Source: a virus. From it: a stretch of 64,000 nt of DNA. The notes beneath the pieces are model-generated. The model saw only the letters and a program-made list of their open reading frames with translations, did no database searches and was not told the DNA's origin. The stretch's first letter is position 1. Each line of letters begins with the position of its first letter. Positions 10,711-22,000 of this stretch are shown here, in pieces. The DNA lies in IMG/VR virus record IMGVR_UViG_3300042398_000969, positions 64,001 through 128,000 of that record; one strand, 5' to 3'. The translations under genes and the position numbers were made by a program.

Positions 10711-10917
10711 TTAGATCTCAACAATTCTGTAAACTCTACCAGACGGATCTGCAGTTTCTAATTCAACCTTTTTGGTTTCAGCCTCTTCTAATGTATCAAA
10801 CTCATCCACAGAATCTTCTGCGTTTAATTTTGATACCCATATTTGTCTTTTTGCCCAATCTGGATCACCATTGTTGGTGTCTACCGGAACGAATTGTTTT
10901 TGTATTCTATATGCCAT
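10711..10917 (-). CDS. Small hypothetical protein in fibre cluster
   Basis: 68-aa ORF with its own upstream TATTTAT motif. Confidence 0.55.
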   Translation of the reverse strand: MAYRIQKQFVPVDTNNGDPDWAKRQIWVSKLNAEDSVDEFDTLEEAETKKVELETADPSGRVYRIVEI

Positions 10918-10931
10918 ATTAATAAATAGTT

Positions 10932-11300
10932 TTATTCTTCAGTATATTCTACCCAAGATTGTTCATCTTCATTCCACGTATAAACTTTACCATCAGATGG
11001 TCTTTCTATTGGTGCTTCCCATAAACAAGTTTCTTCATTTAACACCCAAGAAGAGAATGGTTTTGATGGTAAAAATGCGTCTCTAATTTCATCATACGTA
11101 TCATCTAAACCAGCATATCTTTTTCTAAAATTTGAATTGTATGATGTTTGTTTCCACGTTCCAGTTAACCCAATTGAACTTATAAAATTTTGTCCAACGA
11201 TTTCACTTTCAGGAAATTCTAAATCTCCACAATCCTCGTTTGTAATTACAATAACTTGTTTAACTATATTGTTTTCATCTATTTGTGCAAAATGTGCCAT
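10932..11300 (-). CDS. Gly-rich-fibre-associated small protein (putative chaperone)
   Basis: MAHFAQID...WKQTSYN...FRKRYAG...PFSSW...W pattern, typical of proteins following glycine-rich fibre genes. Confidence 0.6.
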   Translation of the reverse strand: MAHFAQIDENNIVKQVIVITNEDCGDLEFPESEIVGQNFISSIGLTGTWKQTSYNSNFRKRYAGLDDTYDEIRDAFLPSKPFSSWVLNEETCLWEAPIERPSDGKVYTWNEDEQSWVEYTEE

Positions 11301-11313
11301 ATTTTTTTAATAT

Positions 11314-13803
11314 TTAAATTCCGTATTTATTTTTATATGAGTTATAATTTTGTAGAACTTCAGTAGAAGTTAAAATTCGATTATATAATTTAAAAACACC
11401 CATATTACCTTTGAAAAAATCTAAATTCCAGTTCTGCCCTGAATTTGTATTAAAACTTTTTCCGATATCAATAATATTAGATCCAATATACGTACCCGCA
11501 GATGACCATTGTGCATATGTTGCCACATCAAAATTTGCAGTAGCTGATAATACACCATTTAAATAGATTTCCATCAAACCTGTTGTTGTGTTTTTATTGA
11601 AAATAACATGATGATATTGATTTAAAGTAATTGTTGACGTTGTCTGTGCAACAACATAAACTTGTGATGCGGCGATAACCGACGCCCATATTTGATTGTT
11701 TTCACGAATATATAACCAACCAATAGTACCGTTGCTATAACCACCGTTATGTCTATAACCACCCAAACTCATTCTTGTATTGTTTGTTGTTGGTTTAAAA
11801 ATAACCTCAATTGCACTACTACTTAAATGACTATGACTTGTTGGTATACCTAAAATTTGATCATTAACCCCATCGAATAACATTGTACCACCATTTTCAG
11901 GACTATAAGCAATATCACCCGTTAATACCGCATGACTTCCGTATCCGCTTATATCATTCCAACCAGCTCTTGTTGTGTCTGTTGGTGTAAATGTTCCGCT
12001 TGATGTAAATGTATGAACTGTATACCCATTAACTGTTGATATTGTTCCTCCGGTTGCCTTTGGAGCACCGAAGTATCTTACACATACTATACCCGAACCA
12101 CCATTTCCTGAACCACCACCAGCACCGCCTGTTGTTCCTCCACCTATTCCACCAGGCGAACTTGATCCACCACCACCACCGCCAGAAAACCAACCACTCG
12201 CGTTAAAGTTTGTACCAAATTTATCACCATAATATAATCCATTACCACCTCTACCACTCACACTTCCACTTTGGCTATCTTGACCAATACCACCGGCACC
12301 ACCACCACCTGCACCGGGATAATTTGGTTCGGTGTAATTTCTAGCTCTTCCTCCAGCATTTCCTTGCCCACTTGTTCCCGCTCCACCATTTCCTGCGGAA
12401 CCATCCGGACCATCACCACCTCCACCTGAACCACCAGGTAATCGGTTTACTCCACTAACGTTACCACCATCACCCGTATAACTTGCACCACCACCGCCAC
12501 CTGATGCGGTAACACCAAAAGCAGAACTATCAGTTCCTCTATTTCCACTTGCATTTGTTACTGATGTACCACCAGCACCAACCACTATTGTTGAAGCACT
12601 TTGTGTTTGATTTATATTTAAAGTTGTTGTACCATATACTAATCCACCGGCACCACCACCTCCACCAGATCCACCAGGTCCGTGATTTCCACAACCACCA
12701 GCACCTCCGCCAGTATTTGCAGTTCCATCTGGAGATTTTGTACTACCACCACCACCTGCACCACCACCAGCAACTATGAGATACTCAACAGTTAATGTTT
12801 GTGTAAATCTAGTTGGGTAACTCACATCATTTGACGCGTCTAAGTTTAATACAACACCATCTGTTACATTTATATTTTCATTGATTGATGATTGATTTTT
12901 AGTATAACGTATAATAATAATACCCGAACCTCCGGCACCACTACTTCTAGCAGTTGAACCTCCATTGGCTTCAGTACCTCCACCTCCACCACCTCTATTT
13001 GCTGTTCCACTAGTGGCAGTTGCACCACCATGTATTCCACCCTTTCCACCACCACCTAAACCGCCATTACCACTATCTCCTCCATATGATACTGAGTTTC
13101 CGCCACCGCCACCACCACCATAATATGTGATAGTTCCAGATATAATACTTTGCATTCCATTTCCACCAGAACCAGATCCACCGCTTTGTGGTCCAATACC
13201 AGCAATACCGATACCACTAGCGCCGCCACCTCCCGATACAAAATCACCACTACCTCCGTTAGACCCTTGTCCTCTTGTTCCTAACGCTAACGTTGGTCTT
13301 TGGTTACTACCTCCACCGCCAGATCCACCAGCATTACCTCGTCTTCTGTCTGGTATGGTACCGCCGTAAGGTGAACTTAAATCATCACCACCTCCACCGC
13401 CACCACCGATTGCGGTTAATCCTAATGCAGTTGTATTTGAACCATTATTACCCGCAAGTCCTGTTGAACCTTGAGCACCACCACCACCACCAATTGTGAT
13501 ATTGTATGATTGTTTGTTTAATGTCATCATTCCGGTCAATACACCACCCGCACCACCTCCGGCGCCAGGTGTACCACTATTACCAAAACAGTTTCCACCG
13601 CTACCTCCACCAGCAACAATTAGATATTCAACCATTAAAGTTGGATCAATAACTGTGAATTGTCCGCTACCGGTAAATGTATGTATTCTGTAATTGCCAG
13701 ATTCTGTTATAGTCCCACCAACAGCTCTAATACCTTGAGCCCTTAATAAAGATTCAGAATCGAATCCATTTAACCCTCTTTGTTGTGATGATTTTATTGC
13801 CAT
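11314..13803 (-). CDS. Glycine-rich domain + LamG/concanavalin-A-like receptor-binding protein
   Basis: Two VEYLIVAGGG...GGSGI..RY domains; LamG motifs LDA.N..SYP, FDGVND, IYLNG, FKLYNRILT..EVLQNY. Confidence 0.75.
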   Translation of the reverse strand: MAIKSSQQRGLNGFDSESLLRAQGIRAVGGTITESGNYRIHTFTGSGQFTVIDPTLMVEYLIVAGGGSGGNCFGNSGTPGAGGGAGGVLTGMMTLNKQSYNITIGGGGGAQGSTGLAGNNGSNTTALGLTAIGGGGGGGDDLSSPYGGTIPDRRRGNAGGSGGGGSNQRPTLALGTRGQGSNGGSGDFVSGGGGASGIGIAGIGPQSGGSGSGGNGMQSIISGTITYYGGGGGGGNSVSYGGDSGNGGLGGGGKGGIHGGATATSGTANRGGGGGGTEANGGSTARSSGAGGSGIIIIRYTKNQSSINENINVTDGVVLNLDASNDVSYPTRFTQTLTVEYLIVAGGGAGGGGSTKSPDGTANTGGGAGGCGNHGPGGSGGGGGAGGLVYGTTTLNINQTQSASTIVVGAGGTSVTNASGNRGTDSSAFGVTASGGGGGASYTGDGGNVSGVNRLPGGSGGGGDGPDGSAGNGGAGTSGQGNAGGRARNYTEPNYPGAGGGGAGGIGQDSQSGSVSGRGGNGLYYGDKFGTNFNASGWFSGGGGGGSSSPGGIGGGTTGGAGGGSGNGGSGIVCVRYFGAPKATGGTISTVNGYTVHTFTSSGTFTPTDTTRAGWNDISGYGSHAVLTGDIAYSPENGGTMLFDGVNDQILGIPTSHSHLSSSAIEVIFKPTTNNTRMSLGGYRHNGGYSNGTIGWLYIRENNQIWASVIAASQVYVVAQTTSTITLNQYHHVIFNKNTTTGLMEIYLNGVLSATANFDVATYAQWSSAGTYIGSNIIDIGKSFNTNSGQNWNLDFFKGNMGVFKLYNRILTSTEVLQNYNSYKNKYGI

Positions 13804-13806
13804 ATA

Positions 13807-14136
13807 TTATGTTAATTCTGAACCAAATGCGTTAAAACTCATATTTGCAGAACTTGCATATATGGTTACCACATCTGTTGTTGCTAAAGTTATTCCTAGT
13901 GTGAACGTTACCGTGTCATTTGCTGCAATTGCTGAATCATAAACAATATAATGTTGATTCGCAAGTGATGCACCTGATGGCCGAACTGCGATTCTAAATG
14001 TTCCCGCAGAACTATCTCTGTTACATACTGTTAATGTTGACACTATAGTTGAAGTACTTGAGGGTACTGTGTACAGTGTTGTTGCTGTTGTTGCTGAAGG
14101 TGCTGATTGACCTAATACTTTATAAGTTGCTGGCAT
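13807..14136 (-). CDS. Small beta-sandwich fibre adaptor (MPATYKVLGQ type)
   Basis: LYTVP...TIVSTL.VCN...FRIAV...FNAFGSE pattern; follows a fibre ending FLLMGS. Confidence 0.55.
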   Translation of the reverse strand: MPATYKVLGQSAPSATTATTLYTVPSSTSTIVSTLTVCNRDSSAGTFRIAVRPSGASLANQHYIVYDSAIAANDTVTFTLGITLATTDVVTIYASSANMSFNAFGSELT

Positions 14137-14148
14137 ATTTTAAATTTT

Positions 14149-15807
14149 TTATGATCCCATTAATAAAAATTGTTGAGCAAATAAATCATTTGGTAATGAT
14201 AATCCGTTTATTGTTCCTGTTGTTGTTAAGTTACCGGTTATTGTTGCGGAACCAGATGTTAATGTTAATGTTAAATTTGAGTCTCCAACAAAAAATCTAA
14301 ATCCAGATGTGTTATCAGCACCATATATTGACCCTCTATTGACACCATCTTTTCTAAAAAATAAATAAGGTTCTCCGGATGTGCTTCTATTAATTACAAT
14401 ACCGTCTGAGTTTACATTAACATTACCTGTTGTTGTTAAGCTACCACTAACTAATGCATTACCATTAACATCTAATGTTGCGTTTGTTGAGTTTTTATTG
14501 ATACCAACTTGACCGCTACCGCTTGCAAAAATTATAACATTACCATTAGCTGCAGTGGCATCATCTTCTCTGAAAATTCTTAACGCATTCCCACTCCAGT
14601 TATCTACGTTATATCTATTAACTGGTCCTCTTAAAATTAATTGTCCACCTTCTGTTCCTAAATTATCAAAAGATGATTCTATTGACCCACTTACCCTAAA
14701 ACTACCACTAACAATTTGATTACCTACAAATGTATTTGAACCTGTTGTTGCAAGTCTTGCAATGTTTGTTGTTGACATAACATCAACTTGCGCACTTCCT
14801 GACACAACACCTGATGGTAATTGAGCACTACCGCTCCATACACCACTTCCATTTAATATTTGTGATGATCCTGAAACTAAATTAGAATCTGGAACACTAA
14901 TCGTTCCACTAACCAATAAACTTCCTGTGAATGAGTGAGTATCACTTAACTCATCTCCGAATTTTGTGCTTCCACTTCTGTAAAGTATAGACGATGAAAT
15001 ATAAGTTGTTCTTAACTCTTGTGTTTCGATAAATCCTGTAACAATTAAACTACCTGTTATAGTTGCACTATTACCAATTTGAATTGCGTTTCCGTCTGAT
15101 GATAATATTTTATTACCGGCATATAATGTAGTTGTTCCTTTAAGTGCAATTACTCCCGTTGTTGGGTCTAATATTACATCACCACCACCACTTGATTTTA
15201 ATTCAATGTTACCATCGGCGGATTGAAGTGTGATATTGTCACTACCAGCTTCTAATATCTTAAATGACTGACCTGTGTCGGTTGTAATTTGTAATTCTTG
15301 TGCGGTACTACCTAAAACTTTTGTTCCATCAATGTATAATGATGCCGATGAAAGGTATAAATCTCTAAATTGGTGTGTAACACTACCTAAATCGTAGGCA
15401 TTGTCAACTGCAGGTATAATTGAACCTGATATTGTTTGATTACCTTTAAATAAATTGGAACCAGTTGTTGCATAACTACCCGACACACCTTCAATAGAAT
15501 TTAATCTTGTTGTTGCACTTGAGGTAAAACTATTTAAACTACCTGTACTTGTTTGTAGTGTTCCGATAACTGTATCGGTTGTTCCACTATATGTGTTAAA
15601 CGAAGATGTTAATAGATAACTCGCAGCGTGTGAAGCTGATAATGCGTTCTGTGTTGTACCACTTAAGGTAAGATTACCCAAGGTTAAACCTGTCATTCCT
15701 GATAGGTCAAGTGTACCTCCTGAAAATGATATATTTGAACCACTTCCTGAGATAAATGATACCACATTACCCGAATTGTCTTTAAATTTAAATGCTCCGT
15801 TTGCCAT
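14149..15807 (-). CDS. Tail fibre protein
   Basis: Shared ~200-aa module; GQVGIN...TLDVNG repeat; C-terminus FLLMGS. Confidence 0.75.
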   Translation of the reverse strand: MANGAFKFKDNSGNVVSFISGSGSNISFSGGTLDLSGMTGLTLGNLTLSGTTQNALSASHAASYLLTSSFNTYSGTTDTVIGTLQTSTGSLNSFTSSATTRLNSIEGVSGSYATTGSNLFKGNQTISGSIIPAVDNAYDLGSVTHQFRDLYLSSASLYIDGTKVLGSTAQELQITTDTGQSFKILEAGSDNITLQSADGNIELKSSGGGDVILDPTTGVIALKGTTTLYAGNKILSSDGNAIQIGNSATITGSLIVTGFIETQELRTTYISSSILYRSGSTKFGDELSDTHSFTGSLLVSGTISVPDSNLVSGSSQILNGSGVWSGSAQLPSGVVSGSAQVDVMSTTNIARLATTGSNTFVGNQIVSGSFRVSGSIESSFDNLGTEGGQLILRGPVNRYNVDNWSGNALRIFREDDATAANGNVIIFASGSGQVGINKNSTNATLDVNGNALVSGSLTTTGNVNVNSDGIVINRSTSGEPYLFFRKDGVNRGSIYGADNTSGFRFFVGDSNLTLTLTSGSATITGNLTTTGTINGLSLPNDLFAQQFLLMGS

Positions 15808-15811
15808 TAGT

Positions 15812-15819
15812 TATAAATA
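15812..15819 (-). promoter_or_regulatory. Putative late promoter TATTTATA
   Basis: 4 nt upstream of fibre ATG. Confidence 0.6.
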
Positions 15820-15829
15820 GTTTTAAAAA

Positions 15830-16096
15830 TTATTGTTCAGAAGATAATTCCTCGTCAGTTTTTTGTTTTGCTGTCTTTACCCATCCATATTCATATGCGC
15901 CGGCAATAATTTCTTCCTTAGTTGGTGGCACTTGTATATTATTCTCCAAATACTTATCAACTGCAATTCTATATAAATCTTCAATAGCAATACCTGCTCT
16001 GTGATGAGCAACATTTTCTATCCAAGACTTAACGTCATATGCAACATATTCCATTGCTAGTTTTTCCGTTTCACTTAATGTTATTGTATAATTCAT
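15830..16096 (-). CDS. Small C1q-associated protein
   Basis: YT.TL...E..A...VA.D...WIEN....R...AIE pattern shared with 2126..2410. Confidence 0.55.
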   Translation of the reverse strand: MNYTITLSETEKLAMEYVAYDVKSWIENVAHHRAGIAIEDLYRIAVDKYLENNIQVPPTKEEIIAGAYEYGWVKTAKQKTDEELSSEQ

Positions 16097-16119
16097 ATTT
16101 ATAATTTTTATTTTTATTT

Positions 16120-19086
16120 TTATTTTAATAGATACCCACAGAAGTGATTAGCACCAAATAAATCAAACTGTCCGTCCCTAACTAATATTCTAACAGTATC
16201 TCCATAATTAAGGTATAAAACCACTGTAGCAGATCTTTGCGTTAAACCAGAAGTTGCTGCGCCAGCTAAATCATTTCCTCTAAAATGAACCGAATTTCCT
16301 ATATCGGCACTGTTAATTTGCCAATAAGCTCTTGGAACCGTATTCGGATAACTTCCTCCAGCATATGCGTTACATGTTGCAGAGAACATATACATTCCCG
16401 CAACAGGAGCGGTATAAGTTCCGTTAGTGTTATAACCACCACCATAATCATATAATTCATTCTGATATGGAAGAATTGTGTTTACATAGTTAACATCACT
16501 AGCATTATGATATGCAAAAAATCCAATGTCTTGAACTACAGTTTCAGAAGATGTTATTGTAAAATTAGAAACCTCAAGGGTTCCTGTGAAATTTAATATT
16601 CCACAATAACCAAATCCTGGATTATATCCGTACCGGTTGTGATATAAAACACCATCAACCCAAATTCTTACTCTCCCATCGTGGGATAGTTCAGTAACAT
16701 AATGATGCCAATTACCATCCTTTTCATCAAAAGGAACAGCGGCAGATACTGCTTGATCGCTATTTCCGTTGATGTCTCTTATATTAATTGTGTTTGAGCT
16801 TGGTTGAAATACCCATTTGAATCCTGCATTAGAATCAGCACCGAGGGTTGTTTGACTACTAGACCAGAAAAATCCATAATGGTCAGCATTACTAGATTTT
16901 ATATCGGCCTCGATTCTCATATATCTCCATCTTGAAGATTGAGTTCTTAATCCACTATATGAACCGGAGTTTATTATATTGAATCTGTTTGATCCTGCAT
17001 ATCTGATTATTGAAGGGGTTGTTCCTACCCATGTTGTTACTTCATATCCATCATAATCAGGAGATGTAATTTGAAATCCCGCAGAACTACCTTGAAGATT
17101 TACACCTAAATTTCCAGAACTATTAACATTCAAATATTCTTTATTAACAGCCGTGCCACCAGCAACTCTCTGATACACCCCAAAAGAAGATGTGTCGGTG
17201 TTAGATGCACCTAATGACCAGTTACCTGATGTAGAAATTAAATCAATCCACGTGTTTGCATTGGGTGACTCAAATCCTGCCACTTGATTAGCATTTTTCT
17301 TAACATGGAGTGTATATGATGGTGAATCTCCAATACCAACCTGTCCTCCATTTGGAACCATTACTATATTACTTTGAGAGTAACGATTTAAATATAACGC
17401 GGCTCCGTCAATGTTTAAACCAATTCCCGTACCTGATGAAATTTTAGGATCAACACCCTTACTTAAAACAATATCACCACTAAATGTGGCCAATTGATTT
17501 GTTCCTAATGTTAGTGCTAATGTACCATTAGCGGCACCTGCAGTACTAGTGTAAAATCTTAACCTACTAGCAGCAATATCCACATCACGATACCCATTAG
17601 CAACATTATAATTTCCTATTTCTACAATATTGTCTCCATTATATATCGCTCTAAAAATTGCACCTGTTCCGGTATTTGCAATTAAAGTACTACCTACGGT
17701 TACAACTCCTGAGGTGTTTAAACTCCCCGTAATATTTGCACTACCATTAATATCTACTCTTCTTGCTGAACCATATACTGCTAATATTTCTGTTCCACCA
17801 TACCCATCACCAATTCTTACATCTGATTTTGATACAGCATTACTCATACCATACCAGTTGAGCCATAACGTTTTATTTCCCGCAGAATTTAACCATACAT
17901 TTCCGTTATCCGCCATTAATAATGACCCCGTATCATTATGTGTTGGGTTATTTAATGCAATATAATAATCACCAGCAGCGTCTGGTGACGCCGCACTAGC
18001 TAATTTTGTTGTTATTTTAACTCTACCAATTGTGGACAAACTTCCTGACACACTTTCCGTTCCAATAAATGTATTTGACCCTGTAGTTGCAAGTCTTGCA
18101 ATGTTTGTTGTTGACATAACATCAACTTGGACACTACCCGAAACTGTTCCTGACGGTAATTGAGCACTACCGCTCCATACACCACTCGCATTTAATACTT
18201 GTGAAGATCCCGAAACAATTCCAGAAGGGACATTTGATAAACCTGTATAAGATACTTGTGAACTACCCGAAACTAATCCTGAACCAGGGACACTAATACT
18301 ACCACTTACCAATAAACTACCCGTAAATGCATGTGTATCACCTAACTCGTCTCCGAATTTTGTTGATCCTGAACGATATAAAATCGAACTACTAATATAT
18401 GTTGTTCTTAATTCTTGTGTTTCGATAAATCCTGTTACCGTTATACTACCTGAAACTGTTAACCCATCACCAAAAACAATATTGTTTCCGTCTGATGAAC
18501 GAACTTTATTACCGGCATATATTTGTGTTGTGCCTTTTAAAGCAATAATACCTGTTGTTGGGTCCATTATCACATCACCACCTCCTGAAGTTGCCAATGT
18601 TATATTACCATCAGCACTTTGTAATGTGATTGTATCAGACCCAGCTTCTAATATCTTAAATGATTGTCCAGCATCTGTTGTGATTTGTAATTCTTGTGAT
18701 GTGGAACCTAAAACCTTTGTTCCGTCAATATATAATGAACCAGAAGAAATGTAAATGTGTCTAAATTGATGTGTTGATGAACCTAAATCATAAGCATTTG
18801 TTACTGAAGGAATAACGGAACCACTAATTGTTTGATTTCCAACAAACACGTTACTACCAGTTGTTGCATATGAACCAGTCACACCTTCAATTGTATTTAA
18901 TCTTGTTGTTGCACTACTTGTAAATGTATTTAACGAATGTGTCGCTGTCATAACATGACCCATCGTTGTATTCACCGATGAAGTATATGTATTCAGCGAA
19001 GATGTTGTTACTAACACATCTAAGTCGGCAACCGTATCACCATTTAAATTAAAACTACCTGTAATTTGAGGTCCGTCTATTCTCAT
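16120..19086 (-). CDS. Tail fibre protein with lectin-like and C-terminal C1q domain
   Basis: Shared module; DGNWHHY...RIWVDG (LamG-like); YTAPVAGMYMF...LNYGDTV...FCGYLL (C1q). Confidence 0.75.
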   Translation of the reverse strand: MRIDGPQITGSFNLNGDTVADLDVLVTTSSLNTYTSSVNTTMGHVMTATHSLNTFTSSATTRLNTIEGVTGSYATTGSNVFVGNQTISGSVIPSVTNAYDLGSSTHQFRHIYISSGSLYIDGTKVLGSTSQELQITTDAGQSFKILEAGSDTITLQSADGNITLATSGGGDVIMDPTTGIIALKGTTQIYAGNKVRSSDGNNIVFGDGLTVSGSITVTGFIETQELRTTYISSSILYRSGSTKFGDELGDTHAFTGSLLVSGSISVPGSGLVSGSSQVSYTGLSNVPSGIVSGSSQVLNASGVWSGSAQLPSGTVSGSVQVDVMSTTNIARLATTGSNTFIGTESVSGSLSTIGRVKITTKLASAASPDAAGDYYIALNNPTHNDTGSLLMADNGNVWLNSAGNKTLWLNWYGMSNAVSKSDVRIGDGYGGTEILAVYGSARRVDINGSANITGSLNTSGVVTVGSTLIANTGTGAIFRAIYNGDNIVEIGNYNVANGYRDVDIAASRLRFYTSTAGAANGTLALTLGTNQLATFSGDIVLSKGVDPKISSGTGIGLNIDGAALYLNRYSQSNIVMVPNGGQVGIGDSPSYTLHVKKNANQVAGFESPNANTWIDLISTSGNWSLGASNTDTSSFGVYQRVAGGTAVNKEYLNVNSSGNLGVNLQGSSAGFQITSPDYDGYEVTTWVGTTPSIIRYAGSNRFNIINSGSYSGLRTQSSRWRYMRIEADIKSSNADHYGFFWSSSQTTLGADSNAGFKWVFQPSSNTINIRDINGNSDQAVSAAVPFDEKDGNWHHYVTELSHDGRVRIWVDGVLYHNRYGYNPGFGYCGILNFTGTLEVSNFTITSSETVVQDIGFFAYHNASDVNYVNTILPYQNELYDYGGGYNTNGTYTAPVAGMYMFSATCNAYAGGSYPNTVPRAYWQINSADIGNSVHFRGNDLAGAATSGLTQRSATVVLYLNYGDTVRILVRDGQFDLFGANHFCGYLLK

Positions 19087-22000
19087 TTCTTCTTATTTTT
19101 ATTTTCTAATTTAGTAACTCTCTTGGTTAATTCTTTAATTCCCTCAACTAACAATGCATTTACTTTAGCATAGTCTAATAATTTAATTTCCTCTTCTTTA
19201 CCACCTAATAACATTGTTCTTTTAGAAATTAATTCGGGTTGTACTTCATAAACTTCATCAGCTAACATACCGATTTGTTTTGTTCTATCATCACTATACT
19301 CCTCTAACCAATTGAATGTATAACCATTTAATTTTTCAATCTTATCTAACGCACCTTCAATTCTAATTAAATCTGTTTTTAATTTCTTATCAGATGTTGT
19401 GTTGAAAGTATTTGCATCAACATCACCAGTAACAACCAATGAACCCGTGATTCCAATATTATAACTTGTGTTATAATATGAACCTGTTTGAACAAATAAT
19501 GATGTTGTACGAGGTCCACCCACTGTTATAGTTGCATTACCAGATGTTGGTGTTGCAAAATCAATTTGTGTTCTGTTAACAGAAACCGCAGTTATTTTTT
19601 GTGGTATTAATTGTTCGTCAGCACCATCATAAACATTTATTGTTACATATTTGTAACCAATGTTATGGTCAATAACCCACGAACCTGTTGCAGATGTTTG
19701 TGTGTGTAGATATCTATCAGCAGTGCTTGTTGATATACCTCCAACTGACACCAACGCGTATCCATATTCTGGTGTTGCGAATGTTACTTGTGTTGTGTTT
19801 GCATTTATTGATATAACATCGGCAGGTAACATCACCTTATTATTTGAACCATCATAAATTGTTACGTTAGGATAGTTGTAATTTAAGTTGTGTGTAATAT
19901 TCCATGTTGTGGAACCAGTTGTTTGTGTAAACAAGTATCTTGAACTGCCGACATTTGCACTTGATATATCTAATGAACCTGATATAACAACACTACCCGT
20001 TACAGATAAATTACCATTTATATTTTCGTTACCAACAAACGCGTTACTACCAGTAGTTGCATAACTTCCTGTTTTACTTTCCAATGAAGAAACTCTACCA
20101 TCATTACTTGATGTGTATGTATTAAATGAACTTGTTTGTAAAAATCCAAATGCACCTATTTGAGTGCTACTTGAAACAATGTCATTTGGTTTGTTTGCGA
20201 TATTATCCCAAGTTGTTTGTGTTATACTTCCGCTAAGAACATAACGTGTATCATATGAACCTGTTAATTGTTCACTACCACTTACAATGTTGTTAGGTAT
20301 TCCTGTTAATCCTGAATAAATAATTTGTGAACTTCCAGATACAATACCTGAAGGTATTCCTGTTAAACCACTATAAATAACTTGTATCGAACCAGATATA
20401 ACACCATCACTATCTAACTTACTCTTAATTGTTGTATTAATTGAAGAGGTGAATGAATTTAAACTTCCTGTTGATGTTTCTAAATTTACTAATCTACCAT
20501 CTTGATTGAAGTCTGTGGTTGCAATTGAAGAAGATAGTAAACCAATACTTGAACTTACTGAACTACTAAAAGTTGAATATCCTGTTGTTCCTGTTATATC
20601 AATTTGAGATGATCCTGAAACTAACGTTGGTCTATTAACTAAACCTAAAAAATCAAACGCTCCCGTTATTGAATTTGCAACCAAATCACCCGCAACTGTT
20701 ATTGTTGTTCCGGTTTCAGATATGATAGACACGTCAATATGATCTCCACCAACTGACTTTACAATTCTACCATTTATCAAGTTTGGTTCATCACCTAAAG
20801 AACCTGAATTTCTTGGCCCCGAAAGTAACATACCACCAGAATAAGAACTACCACTTGCATTTTGATAAACCCAATGGTTGTGTAAACTATCCCACGCTAA
20901 TGATGCTGTTGCATTTGAACTTCCACTATCATAAACTTTTAATCCTCCAAATCTTTCGGCGGGTTCAAATACATTTACACTTATGAATGAAGCACTTACA
21001 GCTAAATTTGATGAGGTTACATAAACAAGTGATGATGAACCTAATACTGTTAAATTTTGTGTAATTGTTAAACTACCTGTAACGGCATAGTTACCATTTA
21101 AACTTCTACTATTTACCCATACACTACCACTCTTAACCAATAAGTCACCATATGATGAATTGGTTGTGGTATCAACAAAATCGTGTGCTTCACCTAATTC
21201 CGAACCATTATCTATACGAACATATATTGAACCGTTATTTTGTTGAACTCTTAATACTTCACCAAGTCTAACACCGTGATTTGGTGCGGTTGGTGGTGTG
21301 GTGGTGAATGTACCATTAACACCTAAGAATAGTAATTGACCTGCGGTCATTCCATTGGTATTAACACCAAGTAAAACACCTTCAGTAATTACTAAACCAA
21401 AACCATCATTTGGAATATTTTCTGTTGCAATACCTAACGTATTTGCGGATTGACCTTCAGTTAATAGTGATGCCACACCTATTAATGGATTATCACCAAC
21501 CGAACCTACAATTCTTACAACAGTTCCCTTATTTATTTGGGCACCCGACATATTTTTACAATATACATCCGTTTGTAATGTTCTGAATGACATTGAGGAT
21601 GATGGTACAAGTTGTGAACCACTATACGCTTCTAATACATCTAAACGATTATCTATTGAACCAGATACTGTTGTATAAGATGATGTGAATGTATTAAAAT
21701 CACTTCTAATGCTACCACTGGTAGTTTCAAGTGAATCTAATCTACCATTTTGTGTATTATCAATTGAGGCAACGCTTGAACTTAAACTTCCTATAGAAGA
21801 ACTTAGTCCACTAGTTGTTGTTGCAACAGATGAACTAAATGTTGAATAACCTGTTGTACCCGTTAAGTCTACCTGAATTGATCCAGATATTAATCCACTC
21901 GGTTTGTTTGCAATATTATCCCAAGTTGTTTGTGTGATTGATCCACTTAACACATAACGAGTATCGTAAGAACCTGTTAATTGTTCACTACCACTAACAA

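Noticed and set aside
949-19086. Diversity-generating retroelement acting on C1q or fibre paralogs
   Set aside because: No reverse transcriptase in the window; repeat pairs lie within ORFs and differ at all base types, not only adenines
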